38,031 nucleotides of DNA from Flammeovirgaceae bacterium (GTDB lineage Bacteria > Bacteroidota > Bacteroidia > Cytophagales > Flammeovirgaceae). The stretch lies in contig JBLIFI010000001.1 in NCBI GenBank assembly GCA_047633715.1, forward strand, positions 1 to 38,031, written 5' to 3'. Below are positions 7,201-16,217 of the stretch, one piece after another. Each line of letters starts with the position of its first letter. The first letter of the stretch is position 1. Both the position numbers and the translations under genes were made by a program. Under the pieces are notes generated by a model. The model was given only the letters and a program-made list of their open reading frames with translations, was not told the DNA's origin and searched no databases.

Positions 7201-9349
7201 TAGTGAGCGAGGAAATTGCTGTAGACTCTGTACCTCCACCAGCAACCACATCGGAAGTGCCAGAAACTACTACCGCAGAACCAATGAGGGAAATATCATC
7301 TAAACACCAAATTTCACCTGTACTGTTATTATCAGTTTCGATTTTTAAAAATACAGTATTCCAAGCATCAGGAATACTTATGGTCAGTTTGGATTTTGCA
7401 TCATTTCCAGTTCGTGTCCCTCCACCAGAGTAAGTAAAGCCAAGGGGAGTTCCTGCTGTTGCAATTATTTCGCCCGTTCCACTCATTCCAAACCGTGCAT
7501 TGTTGTTTCCAATTACTGTAATGTCTGGTGTAACTCCAAAAGTAGCTGTTTCAGAAACATATACTTTCAAATCATCTCCTCCATCAATTCCATTTCCGGA
7601 AGTAACTGAAATGGAAGCATTCCAAATTTCAACGGAAACATTATTAAATGAAGAAATATTTTGACTTGCAAACTCTAAAGTAGAAGTAGTATTGGAAGAT
7701 TGGAATGAACTTGAGCCATTTCTCACACTCTCTCCAGAAGGAGTAAAATTACCTCCTGAATTCTCTGTACTTGAACTGAATCCAGTTGCAACCTCCCAAC
7801 CATCTGTAGCCGTTCCTTCAAAATCTTGAATCACAATGGTTGTGGGCGGACTGTTTACGGTTATTGAAGAACTAATTGCATCAGTCAATCCTGCGCCATC
7901 ATCTGCGGAGATTGTAAAACTCCCTGTGGCATCATTCTGTAAGTCTGCCCAAGAAGCAACTCCACTAGCAAGCGTTTTGATTAGCGTAGTTGTGGAAGTA
8001 AATGCTCCACTTCCCGAATTTTTGCTCAGGGTTATTGAAGAAGAGTTATTTCCTGTATCCACATTACCATTTGCATCGGTAGCAGAAATGCTCAGCCCAA
8101 AGTCAGTAGCAACATTTATGCTTGTCAGTACATTTGAGAATTGCAACTCGGTAGCGGCTACCTCAACCACATTTTCACTATCTGGCGAACTAACAGACTC
8201 ACCAGTTGCCAAGCCTCCTGCATCGAAGGTAAAACTGCCATTATCTACTTTAAATACAAAATCGCTTCCATCAATTGTGATAGAAAGCGGGCTGGGAATA
8301 TCGGTTCGTAGCCAAATTTTAAGTTGATAGGTTTTAGTGGAGCTTGCGATAATTTCGCCCAATTGCCCACTTCCATTAGAAATACTTCCGAAAGTAATAT
8401 TGGCAGCATTTATCGTTGCCAATATTGTGGAGTTAATTCCATCTGAGAGTTCTGCGCCTAAAATAGCCTCTGACCAATCGGCAATTTGATTACCTGTGCC
8501 TTGCTTGAAAATAATTTGACTGATTTGAGTAACTACCGCATCTTTTTCTTCATATGTAAAATCAAAATTTAAGGAAGAAGCTCCTTGCGTGTTTATCAGA
8601 GAGGAAACTGAAGAAGGTTCAGTTCCTGCTCCATCAGCAAGTGTGGAAGTTGTGGATGCTCCCAAAGTTACTGTCATAGAAAAATCATCAATGGCATATA
8701 TCCCATCTGAGCCAGCATCATTATTATCACTCCACCGAATCCATAAAGTAGCTCCATTTGACCAAGAAATTGAACTTGCCGAACCAGAAATGGTAGTCTT
8801 ATTAACAATATCATTTCCATTTACAGCACCGCCTGAAGTTGTGGCAGTTAGTTTTTCTACCAAATCCATACTAGAAATAGCCGTCCAAGTACCTGTAATT
8901 AAAGAGCTGGCATCAAGGCTATATTCAAAGGCAACAATTTCATTGGCGGTATTACTATTCCCACTTCTCCACTGCTCCATTACTCCTGCGAAATCTACCT
9001 GAGTGATTTCGATACCCGTATTATTTGTGAAATTCGCCCCGAATCTTGGAGAAATACTACCCGAAGCAATTGTCCCAATTGCTCGGTCAGCATCTCCAGA
9101 ACTACCTATATTATAAACACCTCCGCTAGTGGTCGTTCCAGTATTAACAGCAATTGTTGCGTCTGTACTTTCCCAACCTGTAATGAGTGCAGTACCGCCT
9201 GAACCCATTACATCAAAACTTTCAATATAAGTTAAATTTCCAGCTGTGAAATTAAATGCTTGTCCCCAACTTTCTCCAACTCCTACAAACAGCAATAGGG
9301 CAATTACTCCACATTTGCCTATTTTTCTTTTAGTAAACTCTAGTTTCAT
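4205..9349 (-). CDS. Giant (1714 aa) secreted adhesin-like protein with an LTD (lamin-tail) domain and a T9SS C-terminal sorting domain
   Basis: N-terminal signal peptide. Two pairs of internally duplicated modules. An LTD-like block IAEIADPNVSGATPKFVKLYNG...GQTFVI. A C-terminal beta-sandwich of about 75 aa (..GINLYFTSALQGKEFKVGVYNLSGKRVL..ILIVRVEGNKGVMTKKIFLNK) typical of a Por secretion CTD. Confidence 0.9.
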   Translation of the reverse strand: MKLEFTKRKIGKCGVIALLLFVGVGESWGQAFNFTAGNLTYIESFDVMGSGGTALITGWESTDATIAVNTGTTTSGGVYNIGSSGDADRAIGTIASGSISPRFGANFTNNTGIEITQVDFAGVMEQWRSGNSNTANEIVAFEYSLDASSLITGTWTAISSMDLVEKLTATTSGGAVNGNDIVNKTTISGSASSISWSNGATLWIRWSDNNDAGSDGIYAIDDFSMTVTLGASTTSTLADGAGTEPSSVSSLINTQGASSLNFDFTYEEKDAVVTQISQIIFKQGTGNQIADWSEAILGAELSDGINSTILATINAANITFGSISNGSGQLGEIIASSTKTYQLKIWLRTDIPSPLSITIDGSDFVFKVDNGSFTFDAGGLATGESVSSPDSENVVEVAATELQFSNVLTSINVATDFGLSISATDANGNVDTGNNSSSITLSKNSGSGAFTSTTTLIKTLASGVASWADLQNDATGSFTISADDGAGLTDAISSSITVNSPPTTIVIQDFEGTATDGWEVATGFSSSTENSGGNFTPSGESVRNGSSSFQSSNTTSTLEFASQNISSFNNVSVEIWNASISVTSGNGIDGGDDLKVYVSETATFGVTPDITVIGNNNARFGMSGTGEIIATAGTPLGFTYSGGGTRTGNDAKSKLTISIPDAWNTVFLKIETDNNSTGEIWCLDDISLIGSAVVVSGTSDVVAGGGTESTAISSLTTTTSLGDGYQTNFDFTVRDDGATAGTDALPALISQIIVNQGAGNDIADWTTVFSAVNLVSGSEMIAGAVNASNITFSSIPNGTGTALGFVGDNATKTYELKVVLQNLLPANTDNMNVAFVVDRNGFIVEASGSSGFETGAGTVVESGGGNNEIQIIATNLEIVSEPTSVFVNEDFSLTVNATDVRGNVDADATPSVTLARGATGTGTLSSATGLVQNLSGGTFTWADLQFDTEETFNISTSSILTDNTSDDIVANEIPQLIIAEIADPNVSGATPKFVKLYNGRNTTIDFDSETFFLSKQANGSTNPTAWFDLQLTGSILPGQTFVITDDATDFSNAYGSAANMANGNINGNGDDTYYIYEGGDHTSGTLIDIYGEINQDGTGEAWEYTDSRVVRIPNSSPNTIWVASEWVKTASPTNATLLSTVFTPLTHGYYTTPTGDLDALATWGTSLDGGDEKPTDFTTDNQQFYVLTNTSATVSANWTISGLNTELVIGNSVTATSFSVPASFSVVADNLVLTNASDITVVTNASLSANQSFTNLGTITVESGASFIQTATTPTNTGSGTYTMNRVGDDYHGIYNYWSSPVPDATIGGVFPTTNSKSRYMFDTSIPNWVGVGDGTTMTAGLGYIATGKSTPATTITRAFSSTTGFNSGDITASVINNAGGADDDWNLVGNPYPSSFSANAFLNDPSNSSINNGIHLWVSDGSDYSSISSDYAVMDAAGVTNGRGVFGAGENFVPAGQGFFVEANTTGTVTFKNSHRSDLNNGNFARAKDDNLQKIWLNVTANDGITNELSINFSEQATVGEDRMDITKFKGNKNLAFYSLLDKKELIVQGLPELIGSQKVKLGLDANESGKYEFNINHLLNFSENFDIFLLDKELGISTDLRAGNYVVQLESAIYKERFELEFVERVLSVDPSLELKGINIMADEMGINLYFTSALQGKEFKVGVYNLSGKRVLLENITSSDKEMISVKSYGILIVRVEGNKGVMTKKIFLNK

Positions 9350-9591
9350 AATTTTGGGTTTTATTGAAATACCACATCGTTGCCAAAAATACCTAGTAAT
9401 TTTTTCTTTCGTTTTACCGTAATGTGAATTAACATATCTTTTCTGTGATTATATGTAAATAAAAAAAAAGTCAAATTATTTATGGATAAAAAACAAGAAA
9501 TTTTTTTGTTTGCCGAAATCCGTTTACCTTGGTGGAATGTAAGTTATGGCAACTTGTATAATGAATTCTTCCATAGTCAAACAACCTAAAA

Positions 9592-10002
9592 ATGGCCGAT
9601 AAAAAATATTTTTCAGTAATGTTGATTGATGATAATGAGATTGACAATCTTATCAATCAAAAAATGATTGAAGCAACAAATCTGAGTGAGCGTATTTATG
9701 TACATTCAGGTGCAAAAAGTGCCATCGAATTTCTGAAAAACATCGAAAAATTAACTGAATACTCCGAAAAAATACTTCCCGATGTAATTTTCTTGGATAT
9801 TGACATGCCTTTGATGGATGGCTTCCAGTTTTTGGATTTATTCAACAAACTGCACGAAAGTACTAAAAAGCAATGTAAAATTGTGATGCTGACTTCTTCC
9901 ATCAATCCACAGGATATTGACAAATCCAAGACCTATTCTTTCGTCAAAAAATACATCAACAAACCACTCACTCAGCAAAGTTTGCTGAAGCTAGATGTTT
10001 AA
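9592..10002 (+). CDS. Stand-alone response-regulator receiver (CheY-like)
   Basis: VMLIDDNEID..., phospho-acceptor context VIFLDIDMPLMDGF, LTSS and a conserved K (KKYINKP). There is no output domain. Confidence 0.9.
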   Translation: MADKKYFSVMLIDDNEIDNLINQKMIEATNLSERIYVHSGAKSAIEFLKNIEKLTEYSEKILPDVIFLDIDMPLMDGFQFLDLFNKLHESTKKQCKIVMLTSSINPQDIDKSKTYSFVKKYINKPLTQQSLLKLDV

Positions 10003-10087
10003 AAAAATAGTGCTGTGCGAAACACGAGTTGAAAATAAGTGAAAGATATTATATTGAGTTAGAATTTCTTGAACACTCGATTTTAAG

Positions 10088-10139
10088 AATCCTCGAATGC
10101 TGTTGCTTTTGCAATAAGTTTCGAGGATTTTATTTTTTT
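10088..10139 (+). terminator. Intrinsic terminator after the receiver gene
   Basis: A 10-bp stem aatcctcgaa / ttcgaggatt is followed by ttatttttttg. Confidence 0.6.
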
Positions 10140-10210
10140 GAAGATTCTGAACTCGCCAATACGAAAAATGCTAGATTTGCAACTCTACACCCACAACGAA
10201 TCACAACATA

Positions 10211-12463
10211 ATGAATCATCATATAGTAAAAACGCTGTTTTTGTCTCTCGCTATCTTGATTTGGGGTAACGTATCCGCCCAAAAATCGCTCAAATACAAA
10301 GATATTTTTGAAATACTACAAAATGGGACACCCATAGAAGGCTTTCAGGCCTTGAAAGAGTTCCAAGAGCAAAATCCGAAAGGCGAGCCGAATGTCTATT
10401 ACCAGTTAGGCAAAACCTGCCAAAAATTCATGCGAGAGTATGACGCACTAAAAGAGACTGGCGATGTTGCTTTTTTCAGTCGGCATGCAAAAATCTACTT
10501 TGAATTATGCAACGCCAACCTCACAAAAGACGGATTCAACTCCACCAGGCCTTACTATGAAGACATAAAGCCACAGGAGGGAAAAAATAAAATACAGTTA
10601 GAAGATATAACTGCCGAAATCAAAAACAGACTGGAAGATGTTATATTATTCCGTGAGAACCATGCGAAGATGGTAGAGCATTTCAACGGAATGCTTGAAA
10701 ACTACAATGTTTGCCTAGAAGTTTTTATGGAAATCAACCAGAAAAATGCCAAGCTGAAAGACTTGCACTTGACTTCGGATGTTTCCTTCCTGAAAAGGCT
10801 AGACATACTCCAAAACCGTTATAGTTCAGCTATATCTCATTACGCATCTTATAAGGAAGTTATTGATAATTACTCTATCGGAGATTATCATCAGGAAGCG
10901 GATATTCGTCCAATTGAGACTTACAGGCTACAAGGTCTAAACCCGAGTAACTTCCTGAAAAACGAAGTAGAGGTTTGGAATTTTGGAAAATGGGTAAGTG
11001 ATTTCCGTCAAAAACAGTCGGAAGAAATTATCCCGCTAAGAAATGAGATTGTAGCAACCAATCAAAAACTAAATGCTTCCATTCGGGAACTGAGAAGTAG
11101 CACATCTTACTCTGATGATTTCGCATTCTACAAAGTCCCCAATGCGGTTCTTTTCAAAATTGGAAAATACCATTATCAGTCTCCCATTGTAGATTTATTC
11201 AATTTCAAGGAAAGCCAAGCAAGGCTTTTTACTTGGAGTAGAGAAGAGGTAAATAACCCGAGCAAAGAGGTTTTGGAATCGGTAAAAGGAAAGTTTTTGC
11301 TCAAATTGATTGCGCTTAAAAAAGAAGCTGACTCACTTAATTTAGTTGCCAAAAAATCATTTTCAATTTCCGATTTTGAGAAATATCCTGATTTCCTAAA
11401 GAAAGAATTTACTGATTTGGCTGGCTTACAAAGCTATCTCCAACAAGAAGAGAAAGAAAGTGATAAGGTTCTGGCAAACGCAATTCAGCAATGGAAACCG
11501 TGGTTGCTATTGGCAGAAAAACAAGCCACTCTACCCGATACGGCTACTTTGAGAAGGAAATCAATTCCCGTTTTCCGTAACCAAGATGAGATAAACTGGA
11601 ATAATCTATCGCTGAATAAATTTGATACTGCTCAATCCAACCAATACTACATTTCCTCTGTTTCCACTCAATCCAACAAGTATTTTTGGGTTTCAGGCTT
11701 TTACAAAAAACTGGGCAAAGTCCCCTACCCTGTTGTAGCAAAAATATACGATGCAGACACAGCAAAGTATATTGAAAAATTACTTGAATTCCCGCACAGA
11801 GATACCATAAGTAAATCGTTTCCGTTTGTGGAACGGATGAACAATGGGGCAATTTTATTGAAAACAGATTTGCTAGACACACTCCAACATACGCTTGTTC
11901 AAGTGGATAGTTTAGGGAAAATAATTCAGACTGACTCGGTTAAGGACATTCATGATGTACCTGTTTTGATGCAGTACGATGAGTTGAACGAACAAGTTTT
12001 ATTAGGATTCAAAGGCAAAGCTGACGATTATACGTATGCCGAATACGAGCCTTTCACGTTAAAGTTGCAGTCGAAATTGGGCAAAGAAATCTGGCAAACG
12101 AGTTTTGATTTGAAAGGAGAAGTAGTAGAAGTCTTGAAAAGTAACAGGCAATGGTTGGTGCTTGGAAATTATTCGGAAATAGAAATAGAAAATGAAAATG
12201 GGGTGGTGGCTTTTGCTCCGAAAAACCAAACGGGCACATTCATTGCTTTTATTTCTGAAAAAGGCGAGCTAGAAAAAATGATGACCTACCCAAAAGAATC
12301 AGGAATTTCCTTATTCCGTGGAATTAAGTTGGATAGTGAAAATATCATTTTATTGGGCATAAAAACTTCTGGGCTAGTCAAATCGGCAGTTTATCAATCA
12401 GACGAATCACTCTATTTTGGCTTGGTTGATTCGGAAGGGAATTTAGTTTTCGAGAATGAGTAA
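10211..12463 (+). CDS. Secreted hypothetical protein (750 aa), family not recognised
   Basis: Long ORF with a signal peptide (LFLSLAILIWGNVSAQ). The N-terminal part is helical, the C-terminal part is beta-rich. I recognise no motif. Confidence 0.75.
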   Translation: MNHHIVKTLFLSLAILIWGNVSAQKSLKYKDIFEILQNGTPIEGFQALKEFQEQNPKGEPNVYYQLGKTCQKFMREYDALKETGDVAFFSRHAKIYFELCNANLTKDGFNSTRPYYEDIKPQEGKNKIQLEDITAEIKNRLEDVILFRENHAKMVEHFNGMLENYNVCLEVFMEINQKNAKLKDLHLTSDVSFLKRLDILQNRYSSAISHYASYKEVIDNYSIGDYHQEADIRPIETYRLQGLNPSNFLKNEVEVWNFGKWVSDFRQKQSEEIIPLRNEIVATNQKLNASIRELRSSTSYSDDFAFYKVPNAVLFKIGKYHYQSPIVDLFNFKESQARLFTWSREEVNNPSKEVLESVKGKFLLKLIALKKEADSLNLVAKKSFSISDFEKYPDFLKKEFTDLAGLQSYLQQEEKESDKVLANAIQQWKPWLLLAEKQATLPDTATLRRKSIPVFRNQDEINWNNLSLNKFDTAQSNQYYISSVSTQSNKYFWVSGFYKKLGKVPYPVVAKIYDADTAKYIEKLLEFPHRDTISKSFPFVERMNNGAILLKTDLLDTLQHTLVQVDSLGKIIQTDSVKDIHDVPVLMQYDELNEQVLLGFKGKADDYTYAEYEPFTLKLQSKLGKEIWQTSFDLKGEVVEVLKSNRQWLVLGNYSEIEIENENGVVAFAPKNQTGTFIAFISEKGELEKMMTYPKESGISLFRGIKLDSENIILLGIKTSGLVKSAVYQSDESLYFGLVDSEGNLVFENE

Positions 12464-12483
12464 CCTAATTCAACCATAAAGAT

Positions 12484-13494
12484 TTGTCAGATAATCCTCA
12501 GAACCGTTCTTTTTTGAAAGGAAAAACTAAGCTTCTACTAAATTTACTGAAGGTAGTAATTCTATTGGCTATCGCTTTTGGGCTGTATCGGGCAACATTC
12601 CATAATGAGCAGTTCGATGAGCAGTTTATTAGTGCTGTTCGAGGTGCATTTTCAGCAGAGAATATTTTCTTTATTCTTCCACTTTTTGGGTTGATTTTTC
12701 TGAATTGGGCTTTTGAGGCTTGGAAATGGCAAATATTAGTGACCAAATTAGAGGAAATCAGCTTTTGGGAAGCTTTCAAAGGTGTATTAACTGGCTTGAC
12801 TATGGCATTTATTTCAACCACAAATGCAGGTGCTTTTTTCGGCAGGGTTTGGCAACTCAAATCGGAAACTCGTTACCATATTTTGGGTGGAATGTTTCTG
12901 AACAGCCTCTCCCAAAATGCCATCACTTATTTCTGTGGAGGAATTGGCTTGATCTATTTCCTCTCGTGGAAAAATACCTTAGAATCGTCTTTAACTATTT
13001 GGCTTATAATTGCTTATGCTATCTTGGCAATCGGTACTTTGGTAGCAATTTTCAAAGCGGTTCTATTTATTAAATGGTTTAAGCGTTTCCCAAAAATCTA
13101 TCCTTATTTAGAAATGATGGCGAGCTATGGAACTCGGGAAACCTTCAAAATTTTATTTATTTCCTTCCTTCGGTACGCTACTTATTTTACTCAATTTATT
13201 CTGATTCTGATAGTTTTTGGAGTGGACTTAAAATTTGAACAGTATTTTTCAGGTATCTCGTTAGTTTATCTTGCCAAAACCATGATTCCTAATTTCAGTT
13301 TCCTGACCGATTTGGGGATTCGGGAATTCTCTTCCATCCAGTTTTTGGGCGAGTCTGGCTTCGGAATTCCCAATGCAACAATTGTTGCCTCTACGCTTTC
13401 ACTTTGGTTCATCAACATTCTCTTTCCTGTAGCCATTGGCAGTATTTTCACTTGGCAAGCTAAAATCCTCCGCAAGAAGCAATCAAACTCTTAG
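12484..13494 (+). CDS. Polytopic membrane protein, flippase-like / lysyl-phosphatidylglycerol-synthase TM-region family (UPF0104-like)
   Basis: 336 aa with about 8 TM helices and a basic N-terminus followed by LLKVVILLAIAFGLY. The ORF starts at a TTG in the track. The family call is tentative. Confidence 0.6.
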   Translation: MSDNPQNRSFLKGKTKLLLNLLKVVILLAIAFGLYRATFHNEQFDEQFISAVRGAFSAENIFFILPLFGLIFLNWAFEAWKWQILVTKLEEISFWEAFKGVLTGLTMAFISTTNAGAFFGRVWQLKSETRYHILGGMFLNSLSQNAITYFCGGIGLIYFLSWKNTLESSLTIWLIIAYAILAIGTLVAIFKAVLFIKWFKRFPKIYPYLEMMASYGTRETFKILFISFLRYATYFTQFILILIVFGVDLKFEQYFSGISLVYLAKTMIPNFSFLTDLGIREFSSIQFLGESGFGIPNATIVASTLSLWFINILFPVAIGSIFTWQAKILRKKQSNS

Positions 13495-13575
13495 CCAGTA
13501 ATTTCGTATATTTGTGTAGGTTCTATTTCAGAAAATGGAAGTAGGAAAACTCAATCCACAAAAAATAATTATAAA

Positions 13576-14166
13576 ATGGAAGCACTAAGGCAAGAAAAAT
13601 TATCAATTCTAGAATATGTAGAACTTGAACGAGAGTCAGGTAAAAGATATGACTTTCATGATGGAATGGTGTATGCACATGCAGGTGGAAGTATCAACCA
13701 TTCTATGATTAGTTTTAATGTATCTTTCAACCTAGAATTAGAAATTCGTAAAAAAGAGAAAAAATGTAGAACTTTTGGAAGTGATACCAAAGTGGGTATT
13801 GAGACTAGAAACTCATACCTCTATCCAGATATTTTAGTGATTTGTGGAAAGATAGACAAATCAAAAACTGAGGCAGAAGCTGTAGTCAATCCATCTTTAG
13901 TCGTTGAGGTTTTATCGAAAGGGACTTCTGATTATGACAGAAGTGAGAAGTTTGACAAATACCGTTCGCTTGATAGCTTGAAAGAGTATGTATTGGTAAG
14001 CCAAGAGAAGCCAATTGTTGAAATTTTTGAGAGAGTGAATGATTTATGGCGAATTGTGAAAATCGAAGGCTTAGAAGAAAAAGTATATTTTAATTCTGTT
14101 GGTGTAGAAATTGAAATGGCGGAAATATACAGAGATGTGGTTTTTCCACAGTTGAGACGAATTTAG
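13576..14166 (+). CDS. Uma2-family (DUF820) endonuclease-like protein
   Basis: Contains YDFHDGMVYAHAGGSINHS, YPDILVICG, NPSLVVEVLSKGTSDYDRSEKFDKY and EYVLVSQ. These match the PD-(D/E)XK-like Uma2 pattern. Confidence 0.8.
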   Translation: MEALRQEKLSILEYVELERESGKRYDFHDGMVYAHAGGSINHSMISFNVSFNLELEIRKKEKKCRTFGSDTKVGIETRNSYLYPDILVICGKIDKSKTEAEAVVNPSLVVEVLSKGTSDYDRSEKFDKYRSLDSLKEYVLVSQEKPIVEIFERVNDLWRIVKIEGLEEKVYFNSVGVEIEMAEIYRDVVFPQLRRI

Positions 14167-14184
14167 ACTTCATTCCACAAAAAA

Positions 14185-14222
14185 AGAGAAGAGGTAATAT
14201 CAAATGATATTGCCTCTTCTCT
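14185..14222. terminator. Bidirectional terminator hairpin between convergent genes
   Basis: agagaagaggtaatatc-aaat-gatattgcctcttctct forms a 17-bp stem with one G-T pair. It is flanked by an A-run and a T-run. Confidence 0.7.
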
Positions 14223-14237
14223 TTTTGCAAATTCTAT

Positions 14238-16001
14238 TTATTTTGACTTCGTATCTTCCTTAGATTTATCGAAATATACTTCGCTGAAATCTCGGTATTG
14301 CAAAGAGTTATTTGGGAAATTCTTTACATAAGACTGCATTAGTCGGAAGCCTTCATCATACCAAAGAATGATAGCTGGCGCATCTGCCATAGCCATCTGT
14401 TCAGCTTGCATAAAATACTCGAAACTTTCCTTCTCCGTAGTTGCCGCAAGTCCTTTCTCGTACAATGCGTCAAATTCAGGATTTTTATACCTTGTTAAGT
14501 TAGGGTAAGAAGTACCTTCTGTTGTTTCAGGAACATTTTTTCCGTAGAAAAACCATAGGAAATTTTCTGGATTCGGATAATCTGCTATCCAAGCCACACG
14601 AAGCAAATCATAATTCCCAGACATACTTTTCTCTGTAATTTTTGCCAATGGAGAAATATTCAATTCCATTTCAATATTCAGATTGTCTTTCAACTGCTTT
14701 TTTACATACAAGGCCACATTGGTGTAGCGTTCGCCTTCTGCATTCAAATCAATTTTAAACGGAGGAAATCCTTCGCCATTTTTGTAACCTGCTTTTTGTA
14801 AATAGTAACGAGCAGAATCTACATTAAAATCATACCCTTTTATTTTCTTGGTATCATAGTTTTTGAAAGATGGTGGAGTAATTCCGTATTTTCCATAGTC
14901 AAAACCTTCTCCATTCAATACTTTGTTCAAGATAGTTTCTCTATCAACCGCAAAACTAAATGCCTTTCTCACATTCAAATTCCCAAATATTTTGCTTTGG
15001 TGGTTCATTACCAAAACCTGTGTGGACATTTCTGGAGTGCGTTGCAAATCGTACTGATTGTAACCACCATCTTCTGCAGACATAGAACTTTCTAAAATCT
15101 CAATCACAGATTCGGTTGGTAAACGGTACATCATATCCAAGTTTCTTTGCTTGAATTCTGCCAATTCTACTTTCTTATCTCTCAAAAACTGAATTTGGAT
15201 AGCATTCAAATAAGGAAGTTGATTACCAAACTCATCTTTTTTATAGTAGTCTTCATTTTTTCTGAGAATAATGGAAATATCTTCATCAAGGCTAGAAAGC
15301 GTGAACGGGCCAGTTCCTACACATTTCTCACGCATATCTTCTCCATGATGCTCATAAGCTTCTCTAGGGTAGATAAATGTTCCTGGGCGACAAAGATTAT
15401 AAAGGAAAATAGAACTTGGCGTAACCAACTCTACTTGGATTGTGTAATCATCTATTACTTTCACACCAGCCAAATCCATAGAAACGGCTGGGTCTGTTAT
15501 GGTAGCTTCAAAATATTCATTTGCTCCCTTCACAATATCTTTGAATAAGTAGAAACTCTTGTTTTCTAAACTACGAGTACAAAGCATCTTGAAGCAATAT
15601 TCAATATCAGTTGCTTTCAATTCACGAGTTCCACCATCTGGGAAAGAAACATCTTTGTGAAACATTACGCCTTGGCGCAATTTGAATGTATAAATGGTGT
15701 TAGTATCATCTTTTTCGTAAGACTCTGCCAACGAAGGAATAATACTCAAATCTTTTTGGTCGAACTTCAGAAGCCCTTCGTAGAGCTGATTTGCCACTCT
15801 GTAAGAATAAATATCAACAATACTTGGCGGGAAAAGGTTCTTGATATATTCAGACTCGTTGATGTTGAAAATCCCCCCATAGAAGCGATTTCCTTTTGTG
15901 GGAATCAGCTTTCTTGAGTTGCCTTCTTCCGAGCCTGAGTTGCCACCGCAACCAGCCAACAAGAAAATACAAAGTAATAATGGTAGTATTCTGTTTCGCA
16001 T
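14238..16001 (-). CDS. ABC transporter substrate-binding lipoprotein, family 5 (peptide/nickel, OppA/DppA-like)
   Basis: Lipobox LLAGCGG. 587 aa with SBP_bac_5-like blocks (GPFTLSS, RKAFSFAVDRE, WIADYPNPENFL). No permease or ATPase genes are adjacent. Confidence 0.88.
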   Translation of the reverse strand: MRNRILPLLLCIFLLAGCGGNSGSEEGNSRKLIPTKGNRFYGGIFNINESEYIKNLFPPSIVDIYSYRVANQLYEGLLKFDQKDLSIIPSLAESYEKDDTNTIYTFKLRQGVMFHKDVSFPDGGTRELKATDIEYCFKMLCTRSLENKSFYLFKDIVKGANEYFEATITDPAVSMDLAGVKVIDDYTIQVELVTPSSIFLYNLCRPGTFIYPREAYEHHGEDMREKCVGTGPFTLSSLDEDISIILRKNEDYYKKDEFGNQLPYLNAIQIQFLRDKKVELAEFKQRNLDMMYRLPTESVIEILESSMSAEDGGYNQYDLQRTPEMSTQVLVMNHQSKIFGNLNVRKAFSFAVDRETILNKVLNGEGFDYGKYGITPPSFKNYDTKKIKGYDFNVDSARYYLQKAGYKNGEGFPPFKIDLNAEGERYTNVALYVKKQLKDNLNIEMELNISPLAKITEKSMSGNYDLLRVAWIADYPNPENFLWFFYGKNVPETTEGTSYPNLTRYKNPEFDALYEKGLAATTEKESFEYFMQAEQMAMADAPAIILWYDEGFRLMQSYVKNFPNNSLQYRDFSEVYFDKSKEDTKSK

Positions 16002-16217
16002 TCGATTTATTCTTTTGGGTTGTCAGGTTATTTGATTGGTAGATTCGCTTAGTGTTAACTCATGTCAAAATAGCGATTTTAATTAAATAAAAAACACAAA
16101 ACCTACATGATGTAACTTTAACGCAATAAATAGGTTGAGTGTATCTTTTATTAAAGCAATAAACTACACTCTACCTACTCAAAAATAGTAAATACAAAGG
16201 TAAAGATAGCCAAATCA

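Noticed and set aside
4749-9002. Plus-strand ORFs of 70-190 aa (4749..5057, 6339..6911, 6554..6766, 7203..7433, 7836..8327, 8589..9002)
   Set aside because: These are antisense shadow ORFs inside the 1714-aa gene. They arise because its Ser/Thr/Gly/Ala/Asn-rich codons rarely give stops on the opposite strand.
10029-10211. 60-aa ORF between the receiver gene and the 750-aa gene
   Set aside because: It spans the terminator hairpin and T-run and starts at a non-ATG codon. There is no supporting feature.
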